From contig JAQGDQ010000090.1 of the NCBI GenBank assembly GCA_030141605.1, positions 558,001-622,000 of the forward strand: a stretch of 64,000 nt of DNA, in the 5' to 3' direction. The notes under the pieces were generated by a model, which saw only the letters and a program-made list of their open reading frames with translations, ran no database searches and was not told where the DNA came from. Position numbers and translations under genes: made by a program. Origin of the DNA: Tubiluchus corallicola. Lineage: Eukaryota > Animalia > Priapulida. This document shows, in pieces, positions 63,894 to 64,000 of the stretch. Every line of letters starts with the position of its first letter. Position 1 is the first letter of the stretch.

Positions 63894-64000
63894 CTAACGA
63901 ATCAACAAAAAAGAACATTTCTCAATATAAAGCACATAAAAAATCATAATTGAATGAGTTATTCATTAAGCTGTACATTAGACGCACGCAATACATAGTT

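Overview
AT-rich, intron-containing invertebrate (probably protostome) genomic DNA; most ORF-track entries with TTG/GTG starts or microsatellite translations are artefacts. Four genes are supported: (1) an intronless rhodopsin-class GPCR of the Tre1/moody/GPR84 type (- strand, 1109-2200); (2) a 4-coding-exon RGK-family (Rad/Rem/Gem/Kir) GTPase, about 456 aa (+ strand, 11060-45954), with a 30-kb intron; (3) an 8-coding-exon transmembrane ZP-domain (cuticlin-like) protein, about 557 aa (+ strand, 50984-58595), with an N-terminal Thr/Tyr/His repeat region; (4) the last exon of an IAP/RNF34-type C-terminal RING protein (- strand, 63697-63893). The introns hold decayed L2 and CR1 LINEs, a deleted Tc1/mariner element, several foldback MITEs (one with a tandemly amplified TIR), minisatellites and microsatellites. 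The most notable non-coding signal is a twister self-cleaving ribozyme core on the minus strand at about 33700-33781, inside the RGK intron. It begins exactly at the predicted cleavage site and is followed by an RTE-retrotransposon-like 5' leader. All calls were made by eye; no database searches were run.
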